This document shows, in pieces, positions 9,269 through 18,958 of a DNA stretch of 64,000 nt. The notes beneath the pieces were generated by a model. The model had not been told where the DNA came from, searched no databases, and saw nothing but the letters and a program-made list of their open reading frames with translations. Location of the stretch: IMG/VR virus record IMGVR_UViG_3300036985_003045. One strand, given 5' to 3'. Each line of letters opens with the position of its first letter. Position 1 is the stretch's first letter. The position numbers and the translations under genes were made by a program. This stretch comes from a virus. Its lineage: Duplodnaviria > Caudoviricetes.

Positions 9269-9916
9269 TTATTTTATTAAGTGAAAATGTTTTTCATATA
9301 CATGCAAACTAGTGCAGTTCCACATAATAGTACCTACTTCTACATCAAGATCCTTAGCAAGTTTTTTCAAAACATATTCTTGCCAATAGTAATCATTCTT
9401 ATATCCAAACACGACATCATTTGATCTCATTTGTACATTAGCATGGAGTTTACCATCTCTAATCATATAACCTACAGCATTAGTGCAGATGAAATCAGAC
9501 ATACCATGTTTATTATAATCAGTCCAAATAGAAGGTCTATTATAAACCATAGTAGCACGTCTAGAGAAAGGATTCTGTTTCAATTCATTTAATACATTTT
9601 TATATTGGTAACCATTCTCTTCAGAGAAGATTAAGTATCCATAGTTACTATTAATACATCCACCTCCACCAGAAATTGCTAACCAGATAGCTGGAGTTTC
9701 ACCGGGTATATCATGTACATTTAAAGATTGAGATTCATACCATTCAACTTCGCGTTTAGCATAATCAGTATTTAATGTACCAAAAATTACAGGTTCATCT
9801 GCATTAAAAGATGCACCCATAATCTCAAGCATTTTACAACCAGTTTTATCGATTACAAAATCAGCATGCATTAATTTATATAAGAACTCTTTTCTTATAT
9901 CTTTAACATTAAGCAT
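9269..9916 (-). CDS. gp42: dCMP hydroxymethylase (T4 gp42-like)
   Basis: Close resemblance to T4 gp42 (DKTG, DIPGETP.IW, SDFICTN, MRSNDVVFGYKND). The terminal Asp corresponds to the dCMP-specifying D179. Confidence 0.9.
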   Translation of the reverse strand: MLNVKDIRKEFLYKLMHADFVIDKTGCKMLEIMGASFNADEPVIFGTLNTDYAKREVEWYESQSLNVHDIPGETPAIWLAISGGGGCINSNYGYLIFSEENGYQYKNVLNELKQNPFSRRATMVYNRPSIWTDYNKHGMSDFICTNAVGYMIRDGKLHANVQMRSNDVVFGYKNDYYWQEYVLKKLAKDLDVEVGTIMWNCTSLHVYEKHFHLIK

Positions 9917-10352
9917 TTTTAGAACCTCTTTTTACTGGAATTTCTTCTGCTTTTCCATTAAAATCAACAATAATTACCGGTTCAACTCTAAATGTAGTGG
10001 GAATTAATGGCGAAGTTGAATCATTAGGTTTATTAAAGATATCGCGATCTGGTCTTTGACCTGGGACTTGGCCACGCATATACGCAGCAAGAAATGATGT
10101 ATAGTTAATAAGATCTAATGCAGAATCTTCGACTGATTCATAATTGACTTTACCACCTGCTTCCATAGTTTCAAGTACTGATACCATTCTTAGATACTTG
10201 CCATTAATAGTATCAAGAATAGACCACACACCATGAACATAATAGTCTGCTTGTTGAACTCTAGAAACTGTGTTATTATAATCCTGGCCTTTTTTCTCCT
10301 GAATTTCTGCAGCTTCTAATAAAATATTTGCTGAAGGTCTTGTGTATGTCAT
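9909..10352 (-). CDS. Nucleotide-modification-associated domain 1 (DUF1599-like all-alpha NTP-PPase-like protein)
   Basis: EKKGQDYN...K.LR...ESVEDSALDLINY pattern. Confidence 0.7.
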   Translation of the reverse strand: MTYTRPSANILLEAAEIQEKKGQDYNNTVSRVQQADYYVHGVWSILDTINGKYLRMVSVLETMEAGGKVNYESVEDSALDLINYTSFLAAYMRGQVPGQRPDRDIFNKPNDSTSPLIPTTFRVEPVIIVDFNGKAEEIPVKRGSKNA

Positions 10353-10354
10353 AA

Positions 10355-10801
10355 TTATTTCTCAATAAATGTTGATTTTGAAAGGGATCTCATTTTTGTT
10401 GCTAATTCAGGATATTCATCTTCATGACATAATTCCATTTGTGATATAGGAAATCCTATCATGTTATTGCCTGCTCTAGTTGTATATGTAATGTACTTTT
10501 CTCTATTTGTGCATTTCCAAATTCTAATGTAATTATTTGCACGTTTAACACCATATTCTACAAAATATAAATTGTCAACATTCATACATTTAGTTTTTTG
10601 ACTTACGTTAATAGTAAGATAACCTATTCCAAATATGTCATATCTACATTGAGTCTTTACTTCAAATGTCTCACCATTTGGAAGAACACCATCTTTTTTC
10701 ATATCATACTTATTTTCAGATAAAGTACCGCCTTCTTTATATACAAACCAGTTTTCACCTATATCACCTAATTCTTTACTATTTTTTTGTTGTTCAGTCA
10801 T
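10355..10801 (-). CDS. PD-(D/E)xK nuclease-like protein
   Basis: GDIGE...D...EVK motif. Confidence 0.6.
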   Translation of the reverse strand: MTEQQKNSKELGDIGENWFVYKEGGTLSENKYDMKKDGVLPNGETFEVKTQCRYDIFGIGYLTINVSQKTKCMNVDNLYFVEYGVKRANNYIRIWKCTNREKYITYTTRAGNNMIGFPISQMELCHEDEYPELATKMRSLSKSTFIEK

Positions 10802-10835
10802 AATATAATTCCTTAATAATTGATTTGTAGGATCT

Positions 10836-10864
10836 ATTATAACATAAATCCAGGTAATGTAAAC
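10836..10864 (-). promoter_or_regulatory. Early promoter GTTTAC-N17-TATAAT
   Basis: Consensus match. Confidence 0.8.
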
Positions 10865-10869
10865 ATTTT

Positions 10870-11832
10870 TTACATATTTTTATAAGCAAATTCAATAGCT
10901 CTACTTGCTTCAGTATTCAAAGGACGTTTGGCATAGATATTAGATGTTTCTCTATCTAACTCTAAAATTAACTGAACAATTTCATATTCAGTTATAGGAT
11001 ACTGCTTCTTAACTGCGAAGCACGCAATTGATGTCATGAGTTTATAAATCATCGAGTATCGACCAGAACCATCCATACCTGATATAGATTTGTACTCAGT
11101 GACCAATTTATGGTTAACAAATGGACAATCTTTATATGAATTCCAATTATAATCTCTTTTAGTTTCTTCTAACTTAGCCTTTCGATGACTAATAACCTCA
11201 TCTCTTAAATCATCCGGTAATCTATCAATGAATGAATTACTATTAACTGGTGCAGTGAATTCATATTTACATATTAACTCCGTAGGATCAACCAAGGTAC
11301 CACGATTGCTAAAGATAAAGTTATTAGCACCAGGGTATTGCGCAGGGACGTAATACATTCTACTGAGGTCTTTAGTTTGGAGATCTCCCATGCATCCAAA
11401 TTCAGAGTTGAGAGCGAACCAGAAGTGTTTGATTTCACTCGACTCAACCAGTCGAGTAAGTGGGAACACGAGTCTAAACTTCGGGAATGCAACAGTGCTG
11501 CTTGCAGTACTATAACAAATGTAATCCCAATCACCAAACCGTCGATAAAGCTCATCTTCTAAGTTTCCTTCAAATTCATGTGTATCTACATCGATAGCTG
11601 CCCATTTACCCCAATTTATTACATTAGCATTGGCTCTAGTAGTACCAGGAGTATAGGTTGCCGGTGAAATAAGAGGCGAAGTCTTTTTAAGGTATTCACC
11701 TCTCTTTGCTTTGTACCCATTTAAAGTTGAGAGATGATATAACGATCTCTCAAACTCTTCAAATGTTTTAAAGTCAACGCGAGAATCAGTTTTATTATCA
11801 AAGATACTCTTGAAAACCGTGAGTGAATACAT
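10870..11832 (-). CDS. AEP-superfamily primase(-polymerase) with helical C-terminal domain
   Basis: AIDVD, YSTASS, KFRLVFPL and DLSRMYYVP motifs; lies downstream of the helicase where T4 has its primase. Confidence 0.75.
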   Translation of the reverse strand: MYSLTVFKSIFDNKTDSRVDFKTFEEFERSLYHLSTLNGYKAKRGEYLKKTSPLISPATYTPGTTRANANVINWGKWAAIDVDTHEFEGNLEDELYRRFGDWDYICYSTASSTVAFPKFRLVFPLTRLVESSEIKHFWFALNSEFGCMGDLQTKDLSRMYYVPAQYPGANNFIFSNRGTLVDPTELICKYEFTAPVNSNSFIDRLPDDLRDEVISHRKAKLEETKRDYNWNSYKDCPFVNHKLVTEYKSISGMDGSGRYSMIYKLMTSIACFAVKKQYPITEYEIVQLILELDRETSNIYAKRPLNTEASRAIEFAYKNM

Positions 11833-11834
11833 TA

Positions 11835-12236
11835 TTAATCAAACACCTGTGCAAACAATCCAACATTGTCAACATGGGTAGGGGCAGTCCAACCTTCAGG
11901 TTTTAGTAAATCCGGAAGTCCCCATGGATTAGGTCGACCTTCTTTAATACCAACTTGTTTTGCTAAATTAGCATCTAATACTCTATTCCATGCAGTATAT
12001 GCATCTACTTCATATGAATCTAAAGTACCAATAGCAAATACAACTAAATCTATTAGAGCATCAACTGCATCATCGGCTGTTTTAGCTTCTTTTAACTCAT
12101 CCAATTCTTCTTGTAAACAACCTATACGGAATGACAAAAACTTAAGAAGTTTGTCATTATCAAAGTTTCTAACAACTTCATTAACACCAAAACCTTCATG
12201 CATATTTGCAATATCATTTACCCAATTATTACTCAT
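11835..12236 (-). CDS. MazG/PRA-PH-family NTP pyrophosphohydrolase (candidate dCTPase/dUTPase)
   Basis: EELDE...DALIDLVVFAIG, ANLAK and DLLKPEGW motifs. Confidence 0.8.
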   Translation of the reverse strand: MSNNWVNDIANMHEGFGVNEVVRNFDNDKLLKFLSFRIGCLQEELDELKEAKTADDAVDALIDLVVFAIGTLDSYEVDAYTAWNRVLDANLAKQVGIKEGRPNPWGLPDLLKPEGWTAPTHVDNVGLFAQVFD

Positions 12237-12257
12237 ATTATCTCCAATTAAAAATCT

Positions 12258-12286
12258 ATTATATCATATTTTCCTAGAAAGTAAAC
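12258..12286 (-). promoter_or_regulatory. Early promoter GTTTAC-N17-TATAAT
   Basis: Consensus match. Confidence 0.75.
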
Positions 12287-13653
12287 CCTTTTGTTTCAAT
12301 TTGTGACTTTTTATTTCTTTCAACCAAGAATTGAGTCGCAGGTTGACCACTTTCAGAAATATCTTTCTGCGCAGATTCTTCAACATCATATAGTTTCATT
12401 CTAGATCTATCAACTCCTATAACAAATCGTTTATAATAACCAGGATCGGCATATCGATTCTTAAGTTGTTTAACCATTATTTGGTTTAAGTTTTCAAGTT
12501 CTTCTGTAGCAATTAAAGCAAACATCATATCTGCCGTTGCAGGTAAACCAAACGATTCTGAAGTATCAGTTAATTCTACATCAGTATTACCAAAACCACC
12601 TCTAGTAGTTTGAGTCGCACTTAATAATGGTACATCATATTCAACTGCAAGACCTCTAAGTTCTTCAGCTATTGATTTAACATAAGTGTATGAATTAACA
12701 CCTGCACCATTTTTAATACGTGAAGAGCAACAGATATTTAGATAATCGATGATTATCATATCAGGTTTGAAGTTACGTTTAATCTTTAGTTCTTCAAGCA
12801 ATGCCTTAAAATGACCTGAATGTGCAGTTGAAGTAGGATACTGTTTAACTATAAGTTTACCGGAGGTCTTCTTAATCAATTTGTTAATACGATTATTATA
12901 TGTAGGTAAATCTATTGTAGCCATCTCATTCATATTCATATTAAGAAGATTAGCATCAATACGTTCGGCAATTCTCTCTTCGGCCATTTCCATAGTGATA
13001 TACAAAACATTCTTATTTTGTAGAAGACTAGAAGCAGCAACATGACACATGAATAATGATTTACCTACGGCAGTACCAGCCAATATGATATTCAAAGTCT
13101 TTTTAGATAATCCACCCTTTGTAATCTTATTAAAGATATCGAGATCAAATGGGATCTTTTCTTCTACTCTATGATAGAAATCATAACGTTCTTGATAATC
13201 TTCAAGGTAATCATGACCTACCGAAGAATCAAAACTAACTGCTAATGCATCTGATAAAAGACTTGGTATAGCATCTTCAGTTTTGTCTTTATGTTTACCT
13301 TCTACTATATCATAAGCATCGATAATCGCATTAATAACGGCTCTATTTTTACAGAACTTTTCTGTATTATCATAAAGCCATTGTTCATTATCAGTTTTAA
13401 ATGTCAACTCATTGATATATTTTTCAATATCCTGTAATTGGTTTTCACGTAATTCAGATCTATTACTAATCTGAATTGCCAATATATCAAGAGTTATTGC
13501 TGAATTATATTGATCAAAAAAGTTAATAATTTCTTGTGAAATTACTTTCTCAAATTGATCATTAAAATATTCAAGTTTAATGAAAGGAATGACTTTTCTT
13601 GCGTATGTCTCATTATGAATCAAGTTGCTCAATATAGTCTGTGTTATCGTCAT
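12274..13653 (-). CDS. gp41: Replicative DNA helicase
   Basis: DnaB-like: AGTAVGKS, ITMEMAEE, DYLNI, SESFGLPATAD. Start moved to the ATG at 13653, which has a GGAGG SD. Confidence 0.95.
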   Translation of the reverse strand: MTITQTILSNLIHNETYARKVIPFIKLEYFNDQFEKVISQEIINFFDQYNSAITLDILAIQISNRSELRENQLQDIEKYINELTFKTDNEQWLYDNTEKFCKNRAVINAIIDAYDIVEGKHKDKTEDAIPSLLSDALAVSFDSSVGHDYLEDYQERYDFYHRVEEKIPFDLDIFNKITKGGLSKKTLNIILAGTAVGKSLFMCHVAASSLLQNKNVLYITMEMAEERIAERIDANLLNMNMNEMATIDLPTYNNRINKLIKKTSGKLIVKQYPTSTAHSGHFKALLEELKIKRNFKPDMIIIDYLNICCSSRIKNGAGVNSYTYVKSIAEELRGLAVEYDVPLLSATQTTRGGFGNTDVELTDTSESFGLPATADMMFALIATEELENLNQIMVKQLKNRYADPGYYKRFVIGVDRSRMKLYDVEESAQKDISESGQPATQFLVERNKKSQIETKGFTF

Positions 13654-13960
13654 CAATTCCTCCGGTATATGTAATGTCATTTCTAGATAATTGGTGCACG
13701 ATTAACTCTATAAGAAAATCACCAATATATTTTTCGAACTCATCTACATTATATTCTATTCCAGCATTATTGTAAACCTCATAATCAAATTTTATTGGGC
13801 AATCTTCTCCTTCTAAAGCATCTTCAGGAAATTCAACTTTACCATAACTAAAAATTATACCTTCATATGGAGCATCTGTCAACTTAATTGCTGAAAGACC
13901 TTCTTCATTATGGTGTTCTACTATTTTATGTCCAACTAAAAACTTAAAATCATCACTCAC
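13613..13960 (-). CDS. gp40: Head vertex assembly chaperone
   Basis: IKLTDAPYEGIIFSYGKV motif and position between uvsX and gp41. Confidence 0.75.
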   Translation of the reverse strand: MSDDFKFLVGHKIVEHHNEEGLSAIKLTDAPYEGIIFSYGKVEFPEDALEGEDCPIKFDYEVYNNAGIEYNVDEFEKYIGDFLIELIVHQLSRNDITYTGGIDDDNTDYIEQLDS

Positions 13961-15041
13961 TATCTTCTCCTAAATCATCCTCAATTAATGCCAATTCTTC
14001 TTCAATAGATTCATCTGATATAATAGCACCATTTGAAACTTGATAATTCTTTTTAATCCATTCTTGGAAACTTACTGTTGATATAATAGGTAACCAAAAG
14101 TCTTTAGTATCCGTATCTTTTATACGATACTTTTTATCTTCTACTTCGCCTGTTTCAGTGTTAACTTTAGAATACCAACCATTACTTGGTTTAACTACAT
14201 GACCGGATTCTAACGCCATTTCTAATAGACCTGACCATTTGCTAATACCACCTTCAAACTTAACAGTAACTGGTATTTTAGACTTTTCACGTGACTGTCT
14301 AGACTTTTCTACATTGATAATGAAGTTATAACCAGCCAATTCAGTTCCGTCTTTCTCTTGTTGTCTACCAAGTATAAAAATGTTATCTGCAGAAAGGTAT
14401 ATACCTGATCCACCAGACACTACTGGCTTACTATACATTTCTTGTGTCATATAGATATGGTTCACTGCAACCATAGGAATATCATACTTAACTAGATATG
14501 GAGTAATCATTCTAAAGATAGATTTCATTTGACGAGCTCTACTCATATCTTGAGTTGATTTACCATCAATAGCATCATCCATTTCTTTCTTTGATGACAT
14601 ATTACCAAGTGAATCTATAATGAATATAACTTTATCACCGCGTTTAATTTCTTGTAATTGGTGCATTACATCAAATTTGAACTCTTCCATATTCATAATG
14701 GGTGTATGTACTACGCGTTCTTTATCAATGCCAAGAGAATCGAAATAAGATTCAGGTGTACCAAACTCACAATCATAGAATACTAGTACAGATTCTGGAT
14801 ACTTATCCATATATGACTTAGCAAGGATCAAAGAGAATAATGACTTGAAATGCTTACTTGGTCCACAGAATAATGTAAGACCTGGAGTTAATCCACCATC
14901 AATTCTACCGGATAACGCAATATTGAGAGCTGGAATTGGGGTTGTTACCATATCTTTCTTAGTAAAGAACTTTGAAGATGATAATATTGAAGAATCTTTA
15001 ATCGTACTATTCTTTTTAATTCGTTCTAATAATGCACTCAT
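13953..15041 (-). CDS. uvsX: RecA-like recombinase
   Basis: GPSKHFKS Walker A, YDCEFG, IDSLGN. Confidence 0.95.
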   Translation of the reverse strand: MSALLERIKKNSTIKDSSILSSSKFFTKKDMVTTPIPALNIALSGRIDGGLTPGLTLFCGPSKHFKSLFSLILAKSYMDKYPESVLVFYDCEFGTPESYFDSLGIDKERVVHTPIMNMEEFKFDVMHQLQEIKRGDKVIFIIDSLGNMSSKKEMDDAIDGKSTQDMSRARQMKSIFRMITPYLVKYDIPMVAVNHIYMTQEMYSKPVVSGGSGIYLSADNIFILGRQQEKDGTELAGYNFIINVEKSRQSREKSKIPVTVKFEGGISKWSGLLEMALESGHVVKPSNGWYSKVNTETGEVEDKKYRIKDTDTKDFWLPIISTVSFQEWIKKNYQVSNGAIISDESIEEELALIEDDLGEDSE

Positions 15042-15106
15042 TAATTACCTCATTTGTTAATTTATTCAACTATTATATTATAAATTATGAATATTGTAAA
15101 CTATTA

Positions 15107-15664
15107 TTATGGATTATTTTTAGAATGCGGTACATCGAATACAAAGGTAATTCTTATACAATCACCTAAGTTTTCTGTTCCATGTTCTAACTTATTATTA
15201 AACCAAAGTAATGTTCCAGGTTCTACAATAACAGACTCATCTCCTACTGAATATCGATAAGTTCCTTGAATTGATAAATGATACCTATCTCTTGTAAGAT
15301 AATAATCTCCAATATCAATATGTTTGCCTACAATACCTCCAATAGGTAAAGATAGAAATCCACATCGACTATGGGATTTAAAATGTCGTTTCAAAAATCC
15401 TACAATTTCAGTATGTCTTTTATATGCAGGAGTCTCTATACAGATATCTGTATCGCCAACATATTGATCAAGGTTTTCTACTCCGCCCATTACTAATTGA
15501 AGTACTCCTGCTTGAATTTCTGGAAAACCTCTATCAAGCATAGACATTGATCCTTCTAACGTCTTTTGAGCACCCCAATCATTTGGGTATTTTTCTAATT
15601 GTTTTAATATCTTTGAGACATTAATTCCAGTTTTGATTATTCTAATATTATCCAAAGAAGTCAT
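15107..15664 (-). CDS. Aspartyl/asparaginyl beta-hydroxylase-like 2OG-Fe(II) oxygenase
   Basis: HxD (KHIDIG), RYHLSI and distal H (NKLEHG). Confidence 0.75.
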   Translation of the reverse strand: MTSLDNIRIIKTGINVSKILKQLEKYPNDWGAQKTLEGSMSMLDRGFPEIQAGVLQLVMGGVENLDQYVGDTDICIETPAYKRHTEIVGFLKRHFKSHSRCGFLSLPIGGIVGKHIDIGDYYLTRDRYHLSIQGTYRYSVGDESVIVEPGTLLWFNNKLEHGTENLGDCIRITFVFDVPHSKNNP

Positions 15665-18152
15665 CCAAGTTTGCCGAGTTATTTAATTTCCAACCAATAG
15701 GTTCAAGCATAATTTGCAAAGGGTTTATAAATACTTTTTCAAATTGTGTATCATAATCAATATATTTTTCTAATCCAAATTCTTCCGGTATTTTATCTTT
15801 GATGGATATTACATTTTGATTAATGGGATTTGGAGTTCTCAAGAATACTACTTTAACTTTATCACTATCAAGTATTTTTTCATACGTCTTTGATAGTTTA
15901 TATTTGTCTATTAAATGATTATACCAAAGAGCTCCGCGTACATGCATGGGAGTACCTTTAGCAAATACATTAGTCTTATCACTAAACTTCTTAAGACCAT
16001 TAATACCTGAAGGTCGACCGATACTTGCTGAGGCAAGAGATTCAAATTCAATTTTAAAGTCATTGACATACTTATTGATTTGATCTTGATCACCATCCAA
16101 TATAATATTCAATGAGTCTTTTAGTTTTTTCCTACATACCTGAGGTGTAGAAGACTTAACTAGTTCTAAACCGGTTACTTTTAGTTTAGGTTCTGCATAT
16201 TGAACACCTTCAGAATTATACACTCGAAGAAAGTATCTTTTCTTGGCTACAAATACACCTACATCGGCTAGTACTTCACGCTTCATTTTCATTTTCTGTT
16301 CATAGGCATTCATATAGTCTGCCATTTTTATATATGAACGATCAATTAATGGTTCAACTATTTTAGCACAAAATGTATCCATGAATGCTATCTTTTGATC
16401 GACAGATTTATCTTTACATACAGATTCTACAACTGCTTCTAAAGTTACATAATTAGAATCTGTATCACCGGCAATAACATATTGGATATCTTCAGTTTTA
16501 TTTGCTTTATTAAAGTACTCATCCAACATAATAGCATTCCATCTATTGGATAACTGACCTGATAGCGTAATACTTTCTGCCATTCTTAAGTCATAATACC
16601 TGAACCATGAATTACCTATTGCGCCATACACACTGTTCAATGCTTCTTTTACTGCTAATTGCATAGCATTAGAGGAACTTTGAGCATTCTGATATTCTTT
16701 ATTGTACTTATCAGATTCAAGTAACTGCTCATACTTAAGCATTTCATTTTTATAATTACTACGGTCGGCATATACCTCTTCCATAATTTCAGGTAGGAAG
16801 CCACGAACATCTCGACGATAACACCAACCATTTGCAGTTAGAGATAAATTCTGCTCTTTAATATAGAAATTATCAAATGACTTTGATAATAGTTCATCTA
16901 CAGTACAAGGGATTCTAGTATCAGTAAGAGTCTCAGGACTAATATTGTATTGCATAATCAAATGTGGATATAGAGATGCCAAATCGAATGATGCAATGTA
17001 CTTATGCTTACCTACTACTGGAACTTGAACATATGCACCTTCATACTTACCAGTTTTGATTGAATTCTTCTTTGGTGGTATAACAATGTTCTTATTCTTT
17101 AATCGATTATAAATGATTGAGTCCCACATATTTACTGGTCCATACACTTCATCTAGATTGATTTTAGAATAATATGCAAGTGATACCGCAATCTGAATCA
17201 GTTTAAGTTTTTCATCTAACTTATCGACAAGTCTAACGTCATGTCTATTATAGTCTACAAATAAAGACCAATCTTTTGTATAAAAGTCTTTGAATGAATT
17301 ATAAGGATTTTCAAGTTTCTTTTCACCAAGAACTGTATTGGCAACAGTATCAAGTTTCATATCATCTACTTGAATTTTACCAAACTTAGCAAATAGTTCT
17401 TTATAATCGAGCATGGCAATGCCCTCGATATTATAACCTATCTTTTCATTACCATTCTGATCTTTATACAATCGTTCACGAACGCGACCCCAAGGAGATA
17501 GTTTATTAATGATTTGATCATCTATAACTCTTGACATTCTACGAATTAGATATGGAAAATCATATCCATTTGTATTCCAACCAGTTACAATATCAGGATA
17601 GTTTAGAGTCCAATGAGTCATGAACTCACGTAATAAATGTGCTTCACTTTGGCATTTAATATATGGACCATCATCATTTACCTTGTCATAAGGTCTTGTA
17701 CCAAAGGTTACGATATCAGTCGAATTTCTATTCTTTACTGATATAAGTGTGATCTCTTCTATAGGATCTTTAATCACCTCATCAATACTTAGACCATGTT
17801 CAGTAGTAGTCTCAATATCAATAGTTGTGATATTCATTACTGATTGGTCATATTCTATTTCACCTGGATAATATTCAGATATGAATTGCTTTGTGAAGTC
17901 TTGCATCCCATATATTTTGAAGTTCTCTACTTCACCATAACTTTTGATAAACTCTTTAGTGTCATGGATACTACCAGGTTGGATTTCACCTACATATTCA
18001 TTAGTAAGAGTCTTCCATTTGGTTGGAGTCTTGGATGAGACAAATAAGGTAGGTTTGAAGTCAACCTTGGTATGGATTCGTTTGCCATCTTCATAACCTC
18101 GAAGTAAGATGTTATTAGATACTTGTAGTACACTTGTATAGAATTTAGACAT
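15648..18152 (-). CDS. gp43: Family B DNA polymerase
   Basis: DIET exonuclease motif, FDLASLYPH, K.ALNSVYG, GDTDS; C-terminal NLDDFFG clamp motif. Confidence 0.97.
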   Translation of the reverse strand: MSKFYTSVLQVSNNILLRGYEDGKRIHTKVDFKPTLFVSSKTPTKWKTLTNEYVGEIQPGSIHDTKEFIKSYGEVENFKIYGMQDFTKQFISEYYPGEIEYDQSVMNITTIDIETTTEHGLSIDEVIKDPIEEITLISVKNRNSTDIVTFGTRPYDKVNDDGPYIKCQSEAHLLREFMTHWTLNYPDIVTGWNTNGYDFPYLIRRMSRVIDDQIINKLSPWGRVRERLYKDQNGNEKIGYNIEGIAMLDYKELFAKFGKIQVDDMKLDTVANTVLGEKKLENPYNSFKDFYTKDWSLFVDYNRHDVRLVDKLDEKLKLIQIAVSLAYYSKINLDEVYGPVNMWDSIIYNRLKNKNIVIPPKKNSIKTGKYEGAYVQVPVVGKHKYIASFDLASLYPHLIMQYNISPETLTDTRIPCTVDELLSKSFDNFYIKEQNLSLTANGWCYRRDVRGFLPEIMEEVYADRSNYKNEMLKYEQLLESDKYNKEYQNAQSSSNAMQLAVKEALNSVYGAIGNSWFRYYDLRMAESITLSGQLSNRWNAIMLDEYFNKANKTEDIQYVIAGDTDSNYVTLEAVVESVCKDKSVDQKIAFMDTFCAKIVEPLIDRSYIKMADYMNAYEQKMKMKREVLADVGVFVAKKRYFLRVYNSEGVQYAEPKLKVTGLELVKSSTPQVCRKKLKDSLNIILDGDQDQINKYVNDFKIEFESLASASIGRPSGINGLKKFSDKTNVFAKGTPMHVRGALWYNHLIDKYKLSKTYEKILDSDKVKVVFLRTPNPINQNVISIKDKIPEEFGLEKYIDYDTQFEKVFINPLQIMLEPIGWKLNNSANLDDFFG

Positions 18153-18711
18153 GTTTTCCCTTAATCAACATCATTACATCATAACAGATATCGTGGACTG
18201 GATGGTGCTTGATTACTTTATCTTTACTAAAGTCTTCAACTTCGCAATATCCATTGGATGAACCATACATAATATCAATTGCAGTTCTAAGATCTCTATA
18301 GTTATTATATCTCATAATTGGTTCGGTGGATACTGCTTTAGATAAACTATCAAACATTGGTTGGTCCATTGATCCTCTAACCCAGATGGTTTGATTGTCT
18401 GGATTTGGGAACATGTTAATATAGTCTTTTACTTTTTGAATAGCTTCTTCAGCTTTTAGGTCGTCGGGTTTTGGATGCAGACTAATATCTTGGAGATATT
18501 TGTGCTGCTTAGACCACCATTCTAGAGTACCTTTGTCCATTACTCTATTAAGGCGTTTGACTTGATCTTTGACATCAAGTTTTAGGAACAAAGTTCTGTT
18601 CAATAGTTTATCATAATCTAACTCTTCAGTTGGATCAAAATAAACTATAGCAACAGATAATACGACAGAGTTGGATTCAACTCCCAAACTTTCTAAATCA
18701 AAACAATACAT
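18145..18711 (-). CDS. dexA: DexA-like 3'-5' exonuclease
   Basis: FDLESLG, WVRGSMD, YRDLRT and H...HD motifs of the DEDDh family. Confidence 0.75.
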   Translation of the reverse strand: MYCFDLESLGVESNSVVLSVAIVYFDPTEELDYDKLLNRTLFLKLDVKDQVKRLNRVMDKGTLEWWSKQHKYLQDISLHPKPDDLKAEEAIQKVKDYINMFPNPDNQTIWVRGSMDQPMFDSLSKAVSTEPIMRYNNYRDLRTAIDIMYGSSNGYCEVEDFSKDKVIKHHPVHDICYDVMMLIKGKHV

Positions 18712-18958
18712 TTCACCTCCAATTTATATAGATCTATAGTATCATATAATCTATAAAATGTAAACCATTATAAAAATAATATTTAAGAATGTGTTGGAAC
18801 GTATAATCTACACACCATACTTTGGAATAGTTCAAATGCTTCCTTTGGTGTTGCTCCACTTCCTTGGCAATGGAATGAACCAAATTCGCAATACCATAAT
18901 CCATTTTTATAGTAAAATTTATGTCGCATTATTATAAGTTATTAATATTAAACATTAT

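Noticed and set aside
9269-9916. Ordinary thymidylate synthase or dUMP hydroxymethylase (hmU DNA), suggested by the adjacent dCMP deaminase and aGPT-like gene
   Set aside because: The sequence tracks T4 gp42 closely and has Asp, not Asn, at the pyrimidine-specificity position. hmC is favoured, although only biochemistry can exclude hmU.
18783-18956. 58-codon frame (…WYCEFGSFHCQGSGATPKEAF…) interrupted by TAA TAA at codons 8-9
   Set aside because: It could be a decayed small gene or use a non-canonical start, but there is no intact start or SD; not supportable as a CDS or as readthrough.
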